From positions 384,001 to 448,000 of the forward strand of contig CAVYRH010000019.1 in the NCBI GenBank assembly GCA_963770835.1: 64,000 nt of DNA, written 5' to 3'. Under the pieces are notes generated by a model. It was given only the letters and a program-made list of their open reading frames with translations, was not told the DNA's origin and did no database searches. Position 1 is the first letter of the stretch. The number at the start of each line of letters is the position of its first letter. Shown here in pieces: positions 10,096-20,355 of this stretch. The translations under genes and the position numbers were made by a program. This DNA is from an uncultured Pseudomonadota bacterium. GTDB lineage: Bacteria; Oederibacteriota; Muellerivitia; Muellerivitales; Muellerivitaceae.

Positions 10096-11265
10096 TTATG
10101 GATCTTTTGAAGGTTTAACCAAGGCCTTTTCATAGGTTCGTTCGATCTGGCGGAGCATTTCATCGATGAGAAAGGTTCCCTGGAGGACTTCACGGCCCGC
10201 TTTGCCCATCTTCCGGCCCAAACGGGGATTGGAAAGGATGGTGGAAAGGCTTTCCGCCATAGCCGCCGTATCGTGGGGTTGGTGCAGGAACCCCGTCACC
10301 CCGTCCTTCACCGCTTCGGGGGTGCCGGAAACCGCCGTGGCCACCACGGGCTTTTCCGCCGCCATGGCCTGTAAAACCACCCGGGGCAGGCCCTCGTGGA
10401 GGGAAGTCAAAAGAAGCGCGTCACTGGCCGCCAGCAGTTCGGCAACGTCCTCCCGCCAACCCAAAAGGAGGAAATGCCTTTCCAATCCGCGGGCTTTAAT
10501 CACGCTTTCCACTTTTCCAAAGAGGGGGCCGTCGCCCGCCCAAAGGAAAAGCGCGTAAGGAACCTTGCTGCGGAGGGCGTCGGCCACTTCGATCACATCC
10601 AACGGGGATTTCTGCTGCTTGAAATTGGCAAGCACCAAAACGCAAGGTAGGCCTTTGGATTTCAATTTGGCCCGTGCCCGGCGGGCTTGTAAGAAAGAAA
10701 GCCGGTATTGTTTCGGGTCGATGCCGCTATGGATGATTTTGTATTGTTCTTCCCGGCCGATACCGGCCGCCAACCCCGCCTGTTTGTTTTCATCGCTCAC
10801 GGTGATGAGCACGTCCGTAAAGCCGGCCGCCCAGCGTTCCAATACCTGGTAAAGCCATCGGATAAGGAAAAATTGGCCTAGATGAAAGCCCCAACCATGG
10901 ACTGTGTGGACGATGCAGGGCACTCCCGCTTTTTTGGCGGCAAGGCGCCCCAGGATGCCCGCCTTGGAACTGTGGGTGTGGACCAGGTTCACCCCTTCAT
11001 CCTTCAGGATTTGGGTGAGGCGGCCAAGGGCTTTGAAGTCCCACCAGGGATGGACTTGGTGTTTTAATTCGGGAAGGAAATAGGTCTTGCAGTCGGGGAT
11101 TTCTTTGGCTTTTTCATCCAGGTAGCCGCCGACCCCGGAAATCAGGAGGACATCATATTTTTTCCGGTCATGGTGCTCGCAGCAATAGAGGGTGTTCTGC
11201 TGGGCGCCACCCAGTTCCAGGCGGGTGATGATATGCGCGATTTTAATTTTCGGAGGGATGGCCAA
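10096..11265 (-). CDS. Glycosyltransferase family 4
   Basis: GGAQ N-terminal motif, HTHSSKAG, EGLPRVVLQAMA motif. Confidence 0.9.
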   Translation of the reverse strand: MAIPPKIKIAHIITRLELGGAQQNTLYCCEHHDRKKYDVLLISGVGGYLDEKAKEIPDCKTYFLPELKHQVHPWWDFKALGRLTQILKDEGVNLVHTHSSKAGILGRLAAKKAGVPCIVHTVHGWGFHLGQFFLIRWLYQVLERWAAGFTDVLITVSDENKQAGLAAGIGREEQYKIIHSGIDPKQYRLSFLQARRARAKLKSKGLPCVLVLANFKQQKSPLDVIEVADALRSKVPYALFLWAGDGPLFGKVESVIKARGLERHFLLLGWREDVAELLAASDALLLTSLHEGLPRVVLQAMAAEKPVVATAVSGTPEAVKDGVTGFLHQPHDTAAMAESLSTILSNPRLGRKMGKAGREVLQGTFLIDEMLRQIERTYEKALVKPSKDP

Positions 11266-11306
11266 GGGCTATGGAACCGGTGGTTTTTTCATATGGGGGG
11301 TCGAAC

Positions 11307-11738
11307 TCACTTATTTGCCCCCGCCACAATATCCGGTGACTGCCTTACCCGGAAAGGCCGGTACCCAATGGCATTGCCCGAAACCTCAGAAATCAAACGA
11401 AGGGTATATTTCCCGTAATTGGGAAAAACCAGCTGGCGCAGCTCAAACACCAAATCCACCATTTCCAAGGGGTCTTTGGAATTCAGCCGCCCCTGGATTT
11501 TAAGGATGGATTTTTCACCGTCCTGGCCGTCGTGGACGATTTCCAGATAAATGCCTTGTTCGCCATGGCATCCCGTCAAAACGACCGCCACATAGGTTTC
11601 AGGGCGGACCACCGGGACATTCTTGGCCCAAATCTCGTCAAAAACCCCCACGAAGGTTTTTTTGTTGGACCGGACATCCTGGATCACCTGGTCGCAAAGC
11701 AGGAAGGCCACTAATTGGGGGTCAACGGATATCGACAT
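11307..11738 (-). CDS. Conserved hypothetical protein (DUF6941-like)
   Basis: Likely start ATG 11738 (MSISVDPQLVAFLLCDQVIQD...KKTFVGVFD...FPNYGKY). The longer ORF overlaps the upstream gene. Confidence 0.65.
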   Translation of the reverse strand: MSISVDPQLVAFLLCDQVIQDVRSNKKTFVGVFDEIWAKNVPVVRPETYVAVVLTGCHGEQGIYLEIVHDGQDGEKSILKIQGRLNSKDPLEMVDLVFELRQLVFPNYGKYTLRLISEVSGNAIGYRPFRVRQSPDIVAGANK

Positions 11739-11757
11739 GGGCTTCCCTCTCGGAACG

Positions 11758-12867
11758 TCAACTTTCCTTGGCTGGACTTTTACCCTTGGCTTTGCGGGCG
11801 GCCTTCTTCGTTGCCTTCTCGTCCGCCTTGGCCTCGGCGATCGCAGCTTCATCCACGCCCGTGATGGGCTGGACCTGGGCCTTAATGGCTTGTTCCTCGT
11901 CCTCGGCCTGGACGAATTTTTGCATCCATTCCCACTGGCGCGCCAGCCCTTCCCGCAAGGGGATCCCGGGCTTGGCACCGAAGATCTGCGCTAATTTGGC
12001 GGTATCGGCCCTTGTGGAAAAAACGTCGCCCTTCTGGTGCTCCAGGAAGGTTTTAGCGCAAGTTTTACCGCTGATTTCCTCCAGCAGGGTGACGGCTTCC
12101 AGGAGGGTGCAAGGCGAGCCCCCGCCCACGTTGACTACCTGGCCCACGGCCGCTTCCGAAGTTACGGAGGCCGCAATGATTTCCACAACATCGTCAATAT
12201 AAGTGAAGTCGCGTACTTGTTTGCCGTCGCCGTAAATGGTCAAGGCGGCATCGTGCAGGATATTGTGGCAGAAGCGATTGAAGGCCATGTCCGGCCTCTG
12301 GCCCGGCCCGTAAACCGAGAAGAACCTCAAGGAAACGGTCGGCATCTTGTATTCCTGGTGGTAAAGCTGTACCAGGTTTTCCGCGGCCAGCTTGGTCACG
12401 CCGTAGGGGCTGCGGGGTTTGCACACTATTTCCTCGTTGAGAACGGCGATTTCTCCGCCAGGTTGCTGGGGAATATCCCCGTAAACCGAGGATGAGGAGG
12501 CGTAAACAAACCGCTTCAGGTGGTTAGCCTTGGATTCTTCCAGCAATTTCTGGGTCACTTGGATGTTGTTGGTGAGGTAGCGGTGGAAGGAGGACCCCCA
12601 GGAACCCCTCACCCCCGGCTGGGCGGCCAGGTGCACGATGGCTTCGGTGCCCTTGACCACTTTGACCAGGGCCATGTCCGCCAGGTTGTCCTCCACCAGC
12701 TTGAACTTGGGGTGGAGCAGCACCGGCATGAGGTTTTTCTCCTTTTGGCTGCGGGAATAGTAGACGTCGAAGCTGTCCACGCCCATGACGTCGTGGCCCT
12801 CCTGGAGGAGCCGCGCCACCACGTGGGAACCGATGAACCCGGCCGCGCCGGTAACTAGGATTTTCAT
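11758..12867 (-). CDS. NAD-dependent nucleotide-sugar epimerase/dehydratase
   Basis: GAAGFIG Rossmann motif, ASSSSVYG, YxxxK (YGVTK), VYGPGQRPDMA. Confidence 0.92.
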   Translation of the reverse strand: MKILVTGAAGFIGSHVVARLLQEGHDVMGVDSFDVYYSRSQKEKNLMPVLLHPKFKLVEDNLADMALVKVVKGTEAIVHLAAQPGVRGSWGSSFHRYLTNNIQVTQKLLEESKANHLKRFVYASSSSVYGDIPQQPGGEIAVLNEEIVCKPRSPYGVTKLAAENLVQLYHQEYKMPTVSLRFFSVYGPGQRPDMAFNRFCHNILHDAALTIYGDGKQVRDFTYIDDVVEIIAASVTSEAAVGQVVNVGGGSPCTLLEAVTLLEEISGKTCAKTFLEHQKGDVFSTRADTAKLAQIFGAKPGIPLREGLARQWEWMQKFVQAEDEEQAIKAQVQPITGVDEAAIAEAKADEKATKKAARKAKGKSPAKES

Positions 12868-12887
12868 AAAAGCAAACCTCTTTTTGC

Positions 12888-13385
12888 CACAGATGAATGG
12901 GATGAACTCAGATACATCTTTTAGATAAAAACGAAAACTTAATTATTTTTTGCCCATTCTTTACGGGCCGAAATGCGCCTTATCTGAAGTTCCGGTTTTC
13001 CGAAGTTGAGAAGAAGACAAACTCCCAATCCGGTTGCCCTCAGATAATTCAAGCACTGGGCATAATGAATATCATCCAAACCTTGAGCAGCCCTCAATTC
13101 AACTAGAACGCTGCTTTCCACCAACAAATCAGCTATGTATTCACCAACCAAAACATCTTTATAGTAAATCTCGATGGGATTTTGTTGTACAACCTTGAGA
13201 CCCTTTAGTTGTAATTCACAACTCAATGCGTTCTCATAAACCTTCTCCAAAAAGCCGCATCCCAATGAATTGGAGACTGTATACGCACAACCAATAATCT
13301 TTTCGGTTATTTCAAACAGTTCCGTCGGCTGATTTAAATCTTCATTCTTTTCCAAATCCATCCGTGTTCATCCCATTCATCCGTG
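12888..13385. repeat. 26-bp inverted repeats (12888-12913 and 13360-13385) bracketing the GxxExxY gene
   Basis: CACAGATGAATGGGATGAACTCAGAT vs reverse complement CACGGATGAATGGGATGAACACGGAT, 23/26 identical. Confidence 0.8.
12939..13361 (-). CDS. GxxExxY protein (PD-(D/E)XK-like)
   Basis: LGCGFLEKVYENAL, DLLVE..VLVELRA, AQCLNYL, LLLNFG. Confidence 0.9.
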   Translation of the reverse strand: MDLEKNEDLNQPTELFEITEKIIGCAYTVSNSLGCGFLEKVYENALSCELQLKGLKVVQQNPIEIYYKDVLVGEYIADLLVESSVLVELRAAQGLDDIHYAQCLNYLRATGLGVCLLLNFGKPELQIRRISARKEWAKNN

Positions 13386-13436
13386 CTTCGAAGCTGGTTT
13401 GTAGCTTCAGGGCGCGTGGCGAAATTGCCTTTTGTT

Positions 13437-14645
13437 TTAGCCGTTAATTTCCGTTAAAACAAGAACCCTCAAGTACTCCGTCTCGGGTATCGAAAGATTG
13501 ATTGGATGGTCCTGGGGCTGGATCATGCGTTCCACAAGCCTGAAGGAACGGCCCGATTCCTCCACCGCCTCCCGGGTTACGCCTTCCAGGATGGTCCAAG
13601 GAAAATGGTGGGAACAAGTGGCGACCACCAGGAAACCTCCGGGGTTCAGCATGTCAAATGAATGGCCGAGGAGGCTTTTCAAGGCCGTCTTTGCCGCAGG
13701 CAAATCGTGGACGCTTTTCGCCATGGGCGGCGGGTCCAGGAGGATGCCGTCGAACATTTTGCCACCCTTCTTGAATCCTTTCAGGGCGTGAAAACTATCC
13801 CCTTTTTCAAAATGGATTTTTCCCTCCACGCCGTTCAACCGGGCGTTTTCCTGGGCTTCATCCAGGGCGCCTTGCGAGGAATCCATGGCCAAAACATCCA
13901 CGGCCCCGCCTAAAACCGCTTGGATGGAAGCGGCACCCGCGTAACAAAAGGCGTCCAGGACCACCTTGCCATTGCTTAATTCTCCGATGCGGCGGCGTGC
14001 CTCGCGGAAGTCCAAGTAAAAGCCGGTCTTTTGCCCCTGGTCGGGACGGGACCTGAACTTCGCTTTTCCTTCGGCGAAAACCATGGGTAGGGATCCCGGC
14101 TCCGTGAGCCAGCCCTGGAATTCCGCCATCCCCTCCTTTTGGCAAATCTCTCCCACACTTTTCTCGTAAATATACTTATAGCCGTTTTCTTGAAGGGTCT
14201 TGGAAATAACCGGAAGGAAAGGCTTGAGTCCCGCGCTGAAACAGGACAAGACGGCGTTTTCCCCCCCAAAAGCGTCGGCGATGATGCCCGGCAGGCCGTC
14301 CCCCTCGCCGAACAGGAGGCGCAGTCCGTCGGTTTGGTATTTTTCCCCCAGTCCCTCGCGGATTTTGAGCGCCTCCCTCACACGGCCGGCGATCAGGGCC
14401 TCATCCACTTCCCGGTCGAAACCCCGGGTCAGCAGGCGCACGAGGATCTTGGAGGCGGGGCTGGCCACCCCTCGTCCCACCGGCTGTCCCTTGGAGGTGA
14501 CCACTTCCACCAACCCCCCGGGCGAAAGGCTCTTGGGGAACTTATCGATCTCATTGGAGAAAACCCAAGGATGGCCCGCCAAAAGGCGGTCCTCCTCTTT
14601 GGGCTTTAATTTGACGCGGATGTAACTGGGCATTAGTGGCCTCAT
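13437..14645 (-). CDS. RlmI-like class I SAM-dependent rRNA methyltransferase
   Basis: PUA-like GHPWVFSNEI, GQKTGFYLD, LDPP, ATCSH, PETEYL. Confidence 0.88.
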   Translation of the reverse strand: MRPLMPSYIRVKLKPKEEDRLLAGHPWVFSNEIDKFPKSLSPGGLVEVVTSKGQPVGRGVASPASKILVRLLTRGFDREVDEALIAGRVREALKIREGLGEKYQTDGLRLLFGEGDGLPGIIADAFGGENAVLSCFSAGLKPFLPVISKTLQENGYKYIYEKSVGEICQKEGMAEFQGWLTEPGSLPMVFAEGKAKFRSRPDQGQKTGFYLDFREARRRIGELSNGKVVLDAFCYAGAASIQAVLGGAVDVLAMDSSQGALDEAQENARLNGVEGKIHFEKGDSFHALKGFKKGGKMFDGILLDPPPMAKSVHDLPAAKTALKSLLGHSFDMLNPGGFLVVATCSHHFPWTILEGVTREAVEESGRSFRLVERMIQPQDHPINLSIPETEYLRVLVLTEING

Positions 14646-14723
14646 GGAACAGATTTTGGCGGCACAATCAAGCTAAAAGAGATTTCTTAAAAACCGGAAA
14701 TATCGAAAACGAAAAGGAGGAAC

Positions 14724-15293
14724 TTAAAAACGAAGCGAGAAGGACGCCTGTGGAGGAGGCATGGCCCGCGCGATCTGAAGCCGGATCGGGTCTTGCAGCC
14801 AGGCTTCCTTTTGTTTGAGAAATTCCGTTTGGGTCACTTGGTCCACGTTGTAATCCCCCGGCATGATCAGAGCCCCGATACCGATGCCCACGCCCAACCC
14901 CACCGCGCCGCCGATGAACATATTGGAGGATAGATTGTCGTTGGGCCCGCTGAATTCGTAGGAAAGAAGGAGCCCCGCGCCCAATCCCACGATCCCGGAG
15001 GCTACCAATTCCAACGACCGGGCGCCGTTATTGACCTCGGGTCCGCGGTCATGGTTGTCCATCTGTTGGTATTGCTTCTTCTTGGCGTCCTTGTCCAAGT
15101 CCCCCGTCCAGTCGAAGAGGCTGAAGTGGTCGGGCCGGTGTTTGACTTCGTCAGGGCTGTTGTCGTCGTCCCCCTCGTCTTCCCAGTAAAGGGCATGGGC
15201 CTTGGGGATGAAAAGGGGGCAGGTAAACCCTATCAAATTGAGGGTGAGTAACGATAAAAATGTCCGTTGAAGAAAAGAATGGTTCGGGGTCAT
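14724..15293 (-). CDS. Hypothetical exported/membrane protein
   Basis: Signal peptide, acidic segment, two Gly-rich hydrophobic helices. Confidence 0.6.
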   Translation of the reverse strand: MTPNHSFLQRTFLSLLTLNLIGFTCPLFIPKAHALYWEDEGDDDNSPDEVKHRPDHFSLFDWTGDLDKDAKKKQYQQMDNHDRGPEVNNGARSLELVASGIVGLGAGLLLSYEFSGPNDNLSSNMFIGGAVGLGVGIGIGALIMPGDYNVDQVTQTEFLKQKEAWLQDPIRLQIARAMPPPQASFSLRF

Positions 15294-15348
15294 GGAGCCG
15301 ATTATACCTTTTTAGGGCCGCTTGAAAAAACTAAAAAAGGGGGAATGG

Positions 15349-16335
15349 CTAGGGGCCAAAAACCTGGATGAGGTCGTTATTATAATCGGCCACGTAAATA
15401 TCCGGGTTCAGGCCTGGGCTCGATAGGGCCACTCCGTCGGGCCCGAAGAGGTAAGAACCCGCCAAACTGCCCCAAACGGCAAGGACGTGTCCGTTGGCGT
15501 CGTATTCCTCCATCAGGCCGTTACCGTTTTGAAATGTCCCGTCCCCGTAATCCGCGGCGTACACATTGCCGCTTCCATCCACCGCGATCCCGAACAGGTC
15601 CGCGTAGTTGACGGCTTTCCAGGAAGTGATGAGGGTGGTGCCCCCGGAAGCGAATTCCAAAACCCTCTCATTACCCGCATCCGCCACATAAACGGTGGTT
15701 CCGGAACAAGCCACGGCGCTGGGTTGGAAGAAATTCACGCCCCCGCCCGAATTCCATTGGTGCATTATGGTTCCAGTGGAAGCGAACTCATCAACTTCAT
15801 TATTACCCGTGTCGGCCACATAGATGTTCCCCGCCGAATCGGCGCAAATGCCTTCCGGCGCGTTGAAGGGCTGGCTGCCATAACCCGTCCAAGAAGCCAC
15901 GGTGGCCCCCGCCGAGGTGAATTCATAAACGGCATTGTTCAAGTTATCCGACACGTAAATATCATTGTTGTTGGTGTTAAAGGCCACTCCCCCAGGCCAT
16001 CCAAAGCTGACAGAGCCGTAGGCCGTCCACTGACTCAGGGGCGAGGAAGGGCTGGAGGAGTTGAAAACCTCCACCATGGCCACGTTGTTATCAGCCTCTG
16101 CCACGTAAACCGTGGCGCCCATCCCGAAAGCCAGGGCATTGGGCCCCCCGGCAGTGCCCCAGCTGGTTTTGTAGGCCGGCGTAGGAACCGCGTATGTGGG
16201 GTTGGCCACGGGGGTGGAAGGAGGACGGTATTGCCCGCCTTGGGAAGGCCCGTAGGGCAAATTGGGATAATTACAGGCCAGTGGCAGAAGGGAAACGGAA
16301 GCTAAACAAAAAAGGGAAACGAATGTTTTTTTCAT
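15349..16335 (-). CDS. NHL-repeat beta-propeller lipoprotein
   Basis: Lipobox LPLAC; repeats such as FNAPEGICADSAGNIYVADTGN. Confidence 0.85.
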   Translation of the reverse strand: MKKTFVSLFCLASVSLLPLACNYPNLPYGPSQGGQYRPPSTPVANPTYAVPTPAYKTSWGTAGGPNALAFGMGATVYVAEADNNVAMVEVFNSSSPSSPLSQWTAYGSVSFGWPGGVAFNTNNNDIYVSDNLNNAVYEFTSAGATVASWTGYGSQPFNAPEGICADSAGNIYVADTGNNEVDEFASTGTIMHQWNSGGGVNFFQPSAVACSGTTVYVADAGNERVLEFASGGTTLITSWKAVNYADLFGIAVDGSGNVYAADYGDGTFQNGNGLMEEYDANGHVLAVWGSLAGSYLFGPDGVALSSPGLNPDIYVADYNNDLIQVFGP

Positions 16336-16467
16336 CTTTTTCCTCCGCGTAAAGAAGATGACGGTAAGTTTACCGCTTCTTTTTAGACGAAAGCCAGCCT
16401 CTGCTTGTTTCGGCGGCGCTTGAGATTAATGGGCTTTCCCGGCTAACCCGGTGGGAAAAAACGAAAT

Positions 16468-17574
16468 TCAGGAAGGTTTTTGGATGATCCCACCGCCGAC
16501 TACGATGTCGCCGTCGTAAAAGACCGTGGATTGGCCGGGCGTGACCGCCCGGGCCGGGTCTTTGAGGACAACCTTGACCTGTTTCGGCCCTTCGGGATAA
16601 ATCACCGCAGGTTGTTCCAACGAGCGGTAGCGGATTTTTGCCAGCACTTCTTTCGGTTCAGTCATGGGCTCCCATGCCACCCAATTCATCTCGGCAACTT
16701 CGAATTCCTTGACGAAAGTATCCTTGTCCCGGCCTACGACCACCGTGGCTGTATCGGGTTGAAGTTCCACGACAAAGTAAGGCCCACCGGACAAACCCAT
16801 GCCCTTGCGCTGGCCGATGGTGTAACCGGCAATTCCCTCGTGCCGGCCCAAAACATTGCCTTCCACATCCATGATGTTGCCGGGCACAAAAGCCCGGGGC
16901 CGGTGCATTTTCACGAAATCCCGGTAGCTCTTTTGGGTGACGAAACAGATTTCCATACTTTCCGGCTTCTCGGCGGTGTTGAGCCCTAAGGCCCTTGCCT
17001 TTTCCCGCACCTGGGGCTTGGTGATTTCCCCCAACGGGAAAAGCAGGTGGGCCAGGAGTTTTTGAGTGAGTTTATAGAGAACGTAACTCTGGTCCTTATC
17101 CGGGTCCGCAGCCTTGCGGATGCGAAAACGGCCCGTCACAGGGTCCTGGTCCAGCCGCGCATAATGGCCGGTGGCCAGCTTCTCGCACCCCAGGGTCAAG
17201 GCTTGCTGGAGCAAAAGGGGGAGCTTGGCGAAGCGGTTGCACTCCACGCAAGGGTTGGGGGTTAAACCTTGTTCGTATTCGTCGAGGAACCGGTCCACCA
17301 CATTGGCGCGGAACACGTCCAGGCCTTCGTTGACGTAATGCGGCGCGCCCAGCTTCAGGGCTACGTCCCGGGCGTCTTGGATGTCCTCCACCGAACAGCA
17401 ACGCTGTCCCTTGGGCTCGACGGCCTTAACTGAAACCGCGCCGTTTTCCCCTGGCGTGATCTCGCAAGGTAATATTTTGAGGGTCAACCCGACCACATCA
17501 TGGCCCTGCTCTTTCAACAGACCCAAGACGGTGGATGAATCCACCCCTCCACTCATCGCGACGCCGATCTTCAT
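16468..17574 (-). CDS. mnmA: tRNA 2-thiouridine(34) synthase
   Basis: AMSGGVDS, TPNPCVECN, ATGHYA, KDQSYVL, YTIGQRKG, AVTPGQ. Confidence 0.95.
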   Translation of the reverse strand: MKIGVAMSGGVDSSTVLGLLKEQGHDVVGLTLKILPCEITPGENGAVSVKAVEPKGQRCCSVEDIQDARDVALKLGAPHYVNEGLDVFRANVVDRFLDEYEQGLTPNPCVECNRFAKLPLLLQQALTLGCEKLATGHYARLDQDPVTGRFRIRKAADPDKDQSYVLYKLTQKLLAHLLFPLGEITKPQVREKARALGLNTAEKPESMEICFVTQKSYRDFVKMHRPRAFVPGNIMDVEGNVLGRHEGIAGYTIGQRKGMGLSGGPYFVVELQPDTATVVVGRDKDTFVKEFEVAEMNWVAWEPMTEPKEVLAKIRYRSLEQPAVIYPEGPKQVKVVLKDPARAVTPGQSTVFYDGDIVVGGGIIQKPS

Positions 17575-18749
17575 CTCTTAGCCATCTCTTTCAGGGCCTT
17601 AACGGCTTTTTCGATTTCAACGGGCTTGTTGTAATATCCAAAACTAAACCTCACGGTGCCGATGGGATGAGTCCCGATGGTACGGTGGGCCAGGGGCGCG
17701 CAATGGAGCCCGACCCGCGTCATGATTCCATATTTCTCATCTAATTCAAACCCCACCTCGGAAGGGTCCCTGCCCTCGATATTCAGCGAAACAACCCCCA
17801 CCCTTTCCTTTTCGGCGCCCGCGGGAAGTCCGTAAATCTTGACACCCTTGATCTTTTCAACTTCCTTGAGGAAAGGGCCGGTCAAAGCTTCTTCCTTGCG
17901 CCGAACCGCCTGGACACTCGTCTTTAATAGAAAGTCCACCGCGGCTTTCAATCCCGCCAAACCCCAGTAATTCTGGGTTCCGCTCTCGAACTTATCCGGC
18001 CATTGGGAGGGCTGTTCTTCCTTGTCACTGTTGGAGCCCGTGCCCCCCTCAATAAAGGAATCCAGGTTCCACTTGGGTGAAACCGCCAGCCCGCCGGTGC
18101 CAGGCGGGCCCATCAGGCCCTTGTGGCCCGTAAAACAAAGAAAGTCGATATTCATGGTCTTCATATCAATGGGCACAACACCCGCGGTTTGGGCCGCATC
18201 CACCAGGAAGGCCACTTCCTTTTTGGCGCAAATCGCCCCTACTTCCTCCACGGGATTCAGGTTGCCGGTCACGTTGGAGGCATGGACCAGGCATACCAGC
18301 TTGGTATTGGGTTTGAGGGCCTTTTCGAAGTCGTAAGGATTCAGCCGCCCCAGGCTGTTGGCCGGGACGATGGTGTATTCAATCCCCCGGTTGGCCTTGA
18401 GCTTGTTCAGGGGCCGGATGACCGCGTTGTGCTCCATGCTGGAAAGCGCCACGTGATCCCCGCTTTTCAGGAACCCCTTCAAGGCAATATTGACGGCCTC
18501 GGTAACGTTCTTCGTGTAAAGAATGCGGTCGAGACGCGGAACATTAAAAAGCTTCCCCAAAGCCTGGCGGGTTTCAAAGACCAGTTCGTTCGCGTGGATG
18601 CCCGCTTCATAAGTCCCGCGGCCATGGGAAACACCCACTTCCGTGGCATACTTCACGACAGCCTTGAGCACCTGCGGGGGCTTCTGCCGTGTTGTGGCCG
18701 CGCAATCCAGGTAAATTTCGTTTCTTTTTTTCTTCTTCGTGTTCTTCAT
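17571..18749 (-). CDS. Cysteine desulfurase family (class V PLP aminotransferase)
   Basis: YLDCAATT, DAAQTAG, FTGHKGLMGP, RVGLHCAP; overlaps the mnmA start. Confidence 0.9.
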   Translation of the reverse strand: MKNTKKKKRNEIYLDCAATTRQKPPQVLKAVVKYATEVGVSHGRGTYEAGIHANELVFETRQALGKLFNVPRLDRILYTKNVTEAVNIALKGFLKSGDHVALSSMEHNAVIRPLNKLKANRGIEYTIVPANSLGRLNPYDFEKALKPNTKLVCLVHASNVTGNLNPVEEVGAICAKKEVAFLVDAAQTAGVVPIDMKTMNIDFLCFTGHKGLMGPPGTGGLAVSPKWNLDSFIEGGTGSNSDKEEQPSQWPDKFESGTQNYWGLAGLKAAVDFLLKTSVQAVRRKEEALTGPFLKEVEKIKGVKIYGLPAGAEKERVGVVSLNIEGRDPSEVGFELDEKYGIMTRVGLHCAPLAHRTIGTHPIGTVRFSFGYYNKPVEIEKAVKALKEMAKR

Positions 18750-18864
18750 AGGAGGGTGATTCTAACATCAAAGCTGTACTTTTTCAGGGGACGGTGTTTA
18801 AACAACACAGGGGCTTTTCAGCCCTTTAACTGCGAGCTGCGGACTGTCGACCATGAACTGCCGT

Positions 18865-19257
18865 TCAACTTTCCCGGGCCTTTTGGATATCCACCACCTT
18901 GGCCGCATCTTCCATTTGGCAGTTGCCCTCGAAAACGGCGCCTTCCTCAAGGATGAGATTGGGGGCCGAGAGGTCTCCCTCGATTTGGGCCGAGGCTTGC
19001 AGTTCCAGGCGTTGGGTGGCGGTGATGTTTCCCTTCACTTTCCCGCCGATCAGGATGGACCGGCCCGTCAAATTTCCCCGCACCATGCCCTTATCGCCCA
19101 CAATGATGCCGTCTTCGCTGGTGACGTTGCCGTAAATCTCCCCATCAATCCGGATGCTGTGCTTGGAATTGCAGCTTCCGCGTAGGGAGGTTTCCTGGCC
19201 GATGACCGTATCCACTTGCCCCATGGCCTTGGAATCGCCGAACCCAAAGAATCCCAT
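18865..19257 (-). CDS. Bactofilin (polymer-forming cytoskeletal protein)
   Basis: TVIG...IRIDGEIYGNV...GKVKGNI...GAVFEGNC beta-helix pattern. Confidence 0.9.
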   Translation of the reverse strand: MGFFGFGDSKAMGQVDTVIGQETSLRGSCNSKHSIRIDGEIYGNVTSEDGIIVGDKGMVRGNLTGRSILIGGKVKGNITATQRLELQASAQIEGDLSAPNLILEEGAVFEGNCQMEDAAKVVDIQKARES

Positions 19258-19305
19258 TTACCGCTCCTGCATCGCAAATTCTAATGGTGAATCAGGGATT
19301 ATCTT

Positions 19306-20226
19306 TTAGTCGGTTTTGGGAAGGTATTTTTCGGGGTCCACAGGCATCCCGTGGATACGGACCTCGTAGTGGACATGGCTGCCCGTGCTGCGGCCGGTGG
19401 AACCCATGTAGGCGATGATTTGCCCCCGCTTGACTTCCTCCCCCACCTTGACCTCGATTCGGGCGCAATGTCCGTAGCGGGTGCTGTAGCCGTAGCCGTG
19501 CTCGACGACCACCAAGCGTCCATAACCCGACTCCCAACCCGAGTAGGTCACAATACCGTCTGCCGTGACACGGATAGGTGTATCCACCTCGTTGGCGATG
19601 TCCACGCCCATGTGCCGGCCCGGTTCCCCGGTCAAGGGCGAAGCCCTTGCGCCGAAACCGGAGGTAATCCAACCCTTGACCGGCCAAATGGAGGGGGTAG
19701 CCGACAGGATGGAGCGCTGTTTGTCCAAGAATACGCTGATCTCCTTAAAGCTGGCCTCCTGTTGGGTCGCCTGTTGGTTGGTGAGTTTGAGGTTGGCGTT
19801 CACCTTATCCATCAATTGGTCGTTCTTTTCCTGCAGCAGGGCGGAAAAGCGGGCCGAATCTTCCTCCGTGGGACCGCCCATGCCGTTGAACTCGGAAAGA
19901 ACTTCCTTGCGGTTGCCCAGCTTCAGGAGCTTGCGGAATTGAGAATCCATGGCCGACATGCGGGATAGGAGTGCGCGGTTGGTTTCCAGTTCGCTCATGA
20001 TCTCCTGCATATTGCTTTTGAACCGCTGTTCGGTCAGTTGGGCTAATTGGTAGTTCACGTCCTTGGCCACCACCAAACCGGCCCAGATTAAAAGCCCCCC
20101 CAATCCCAAAACGAGGGCGTGAACCATGAAAAGGTTGGTTTTGATTTGAACGGGTTTGCCGCCGTCATGGGGAACGACCATGAAGGTCATCTTTTTTTTG
20201 AGGTAAGAGCGTAGGAAATGCGGCAT
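19306..20226 (-). CDS. M23 family peptidoglycan endopeptidase
   Basis: TM plus coiled coil, PSIWPVKG, HMGVD, YGH, STGSHVHYE. Confidence 0.92.
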   Translation of the reverse strand: MPHFLRSYLKKKMTFMVVPHDGGKPVQIKTNLFMVHALVLGLGGLLIWAGLVVAKDVNYQLAQLTEQRFKSNMQEIMSELETNRALLSRMSAMDSQFRKLLKLGNRKEVLSEFNGMGGPTEEDSARFSALLQEKNDQLMDKVNANLKLTNQQATQQEASFKEISVFLDKQRSILSATPSIWPVKGWITSGFGARASPLTGEPGRHMGVDIANEVDTPIRVTADGIVTYSGWESGYGRLVVVEHGYGYSTRYGHCARIEVKVGEEVKRGQIIAYMGSTGRSTGSHVHYEVRIHGMPVDPEKYLPKTD

Positions 20227-20355
20227 CCAATTGATCCTTAAAACGATAAAACGGTTGGTTTAACCATCACATTTAAAATAAAGGGGCCGCAAAATCCTGT
20301 CAATTGTTAATGAGGCTGCCGGGGTTAAAAGGTTTACTGAAGGGGGTAAAACCGC

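Noticed and set aside
18828..18862. Degenerate heptamer run AACTGCG AGCTGCG GACTGTC GACCATG AACTGCC
   Set aside because: Too short and degenerate to assign a function.
18865..20226. Bactofilin-M23 pairing as a novelty
   Set aside because: Already a well-described cell-shape module.
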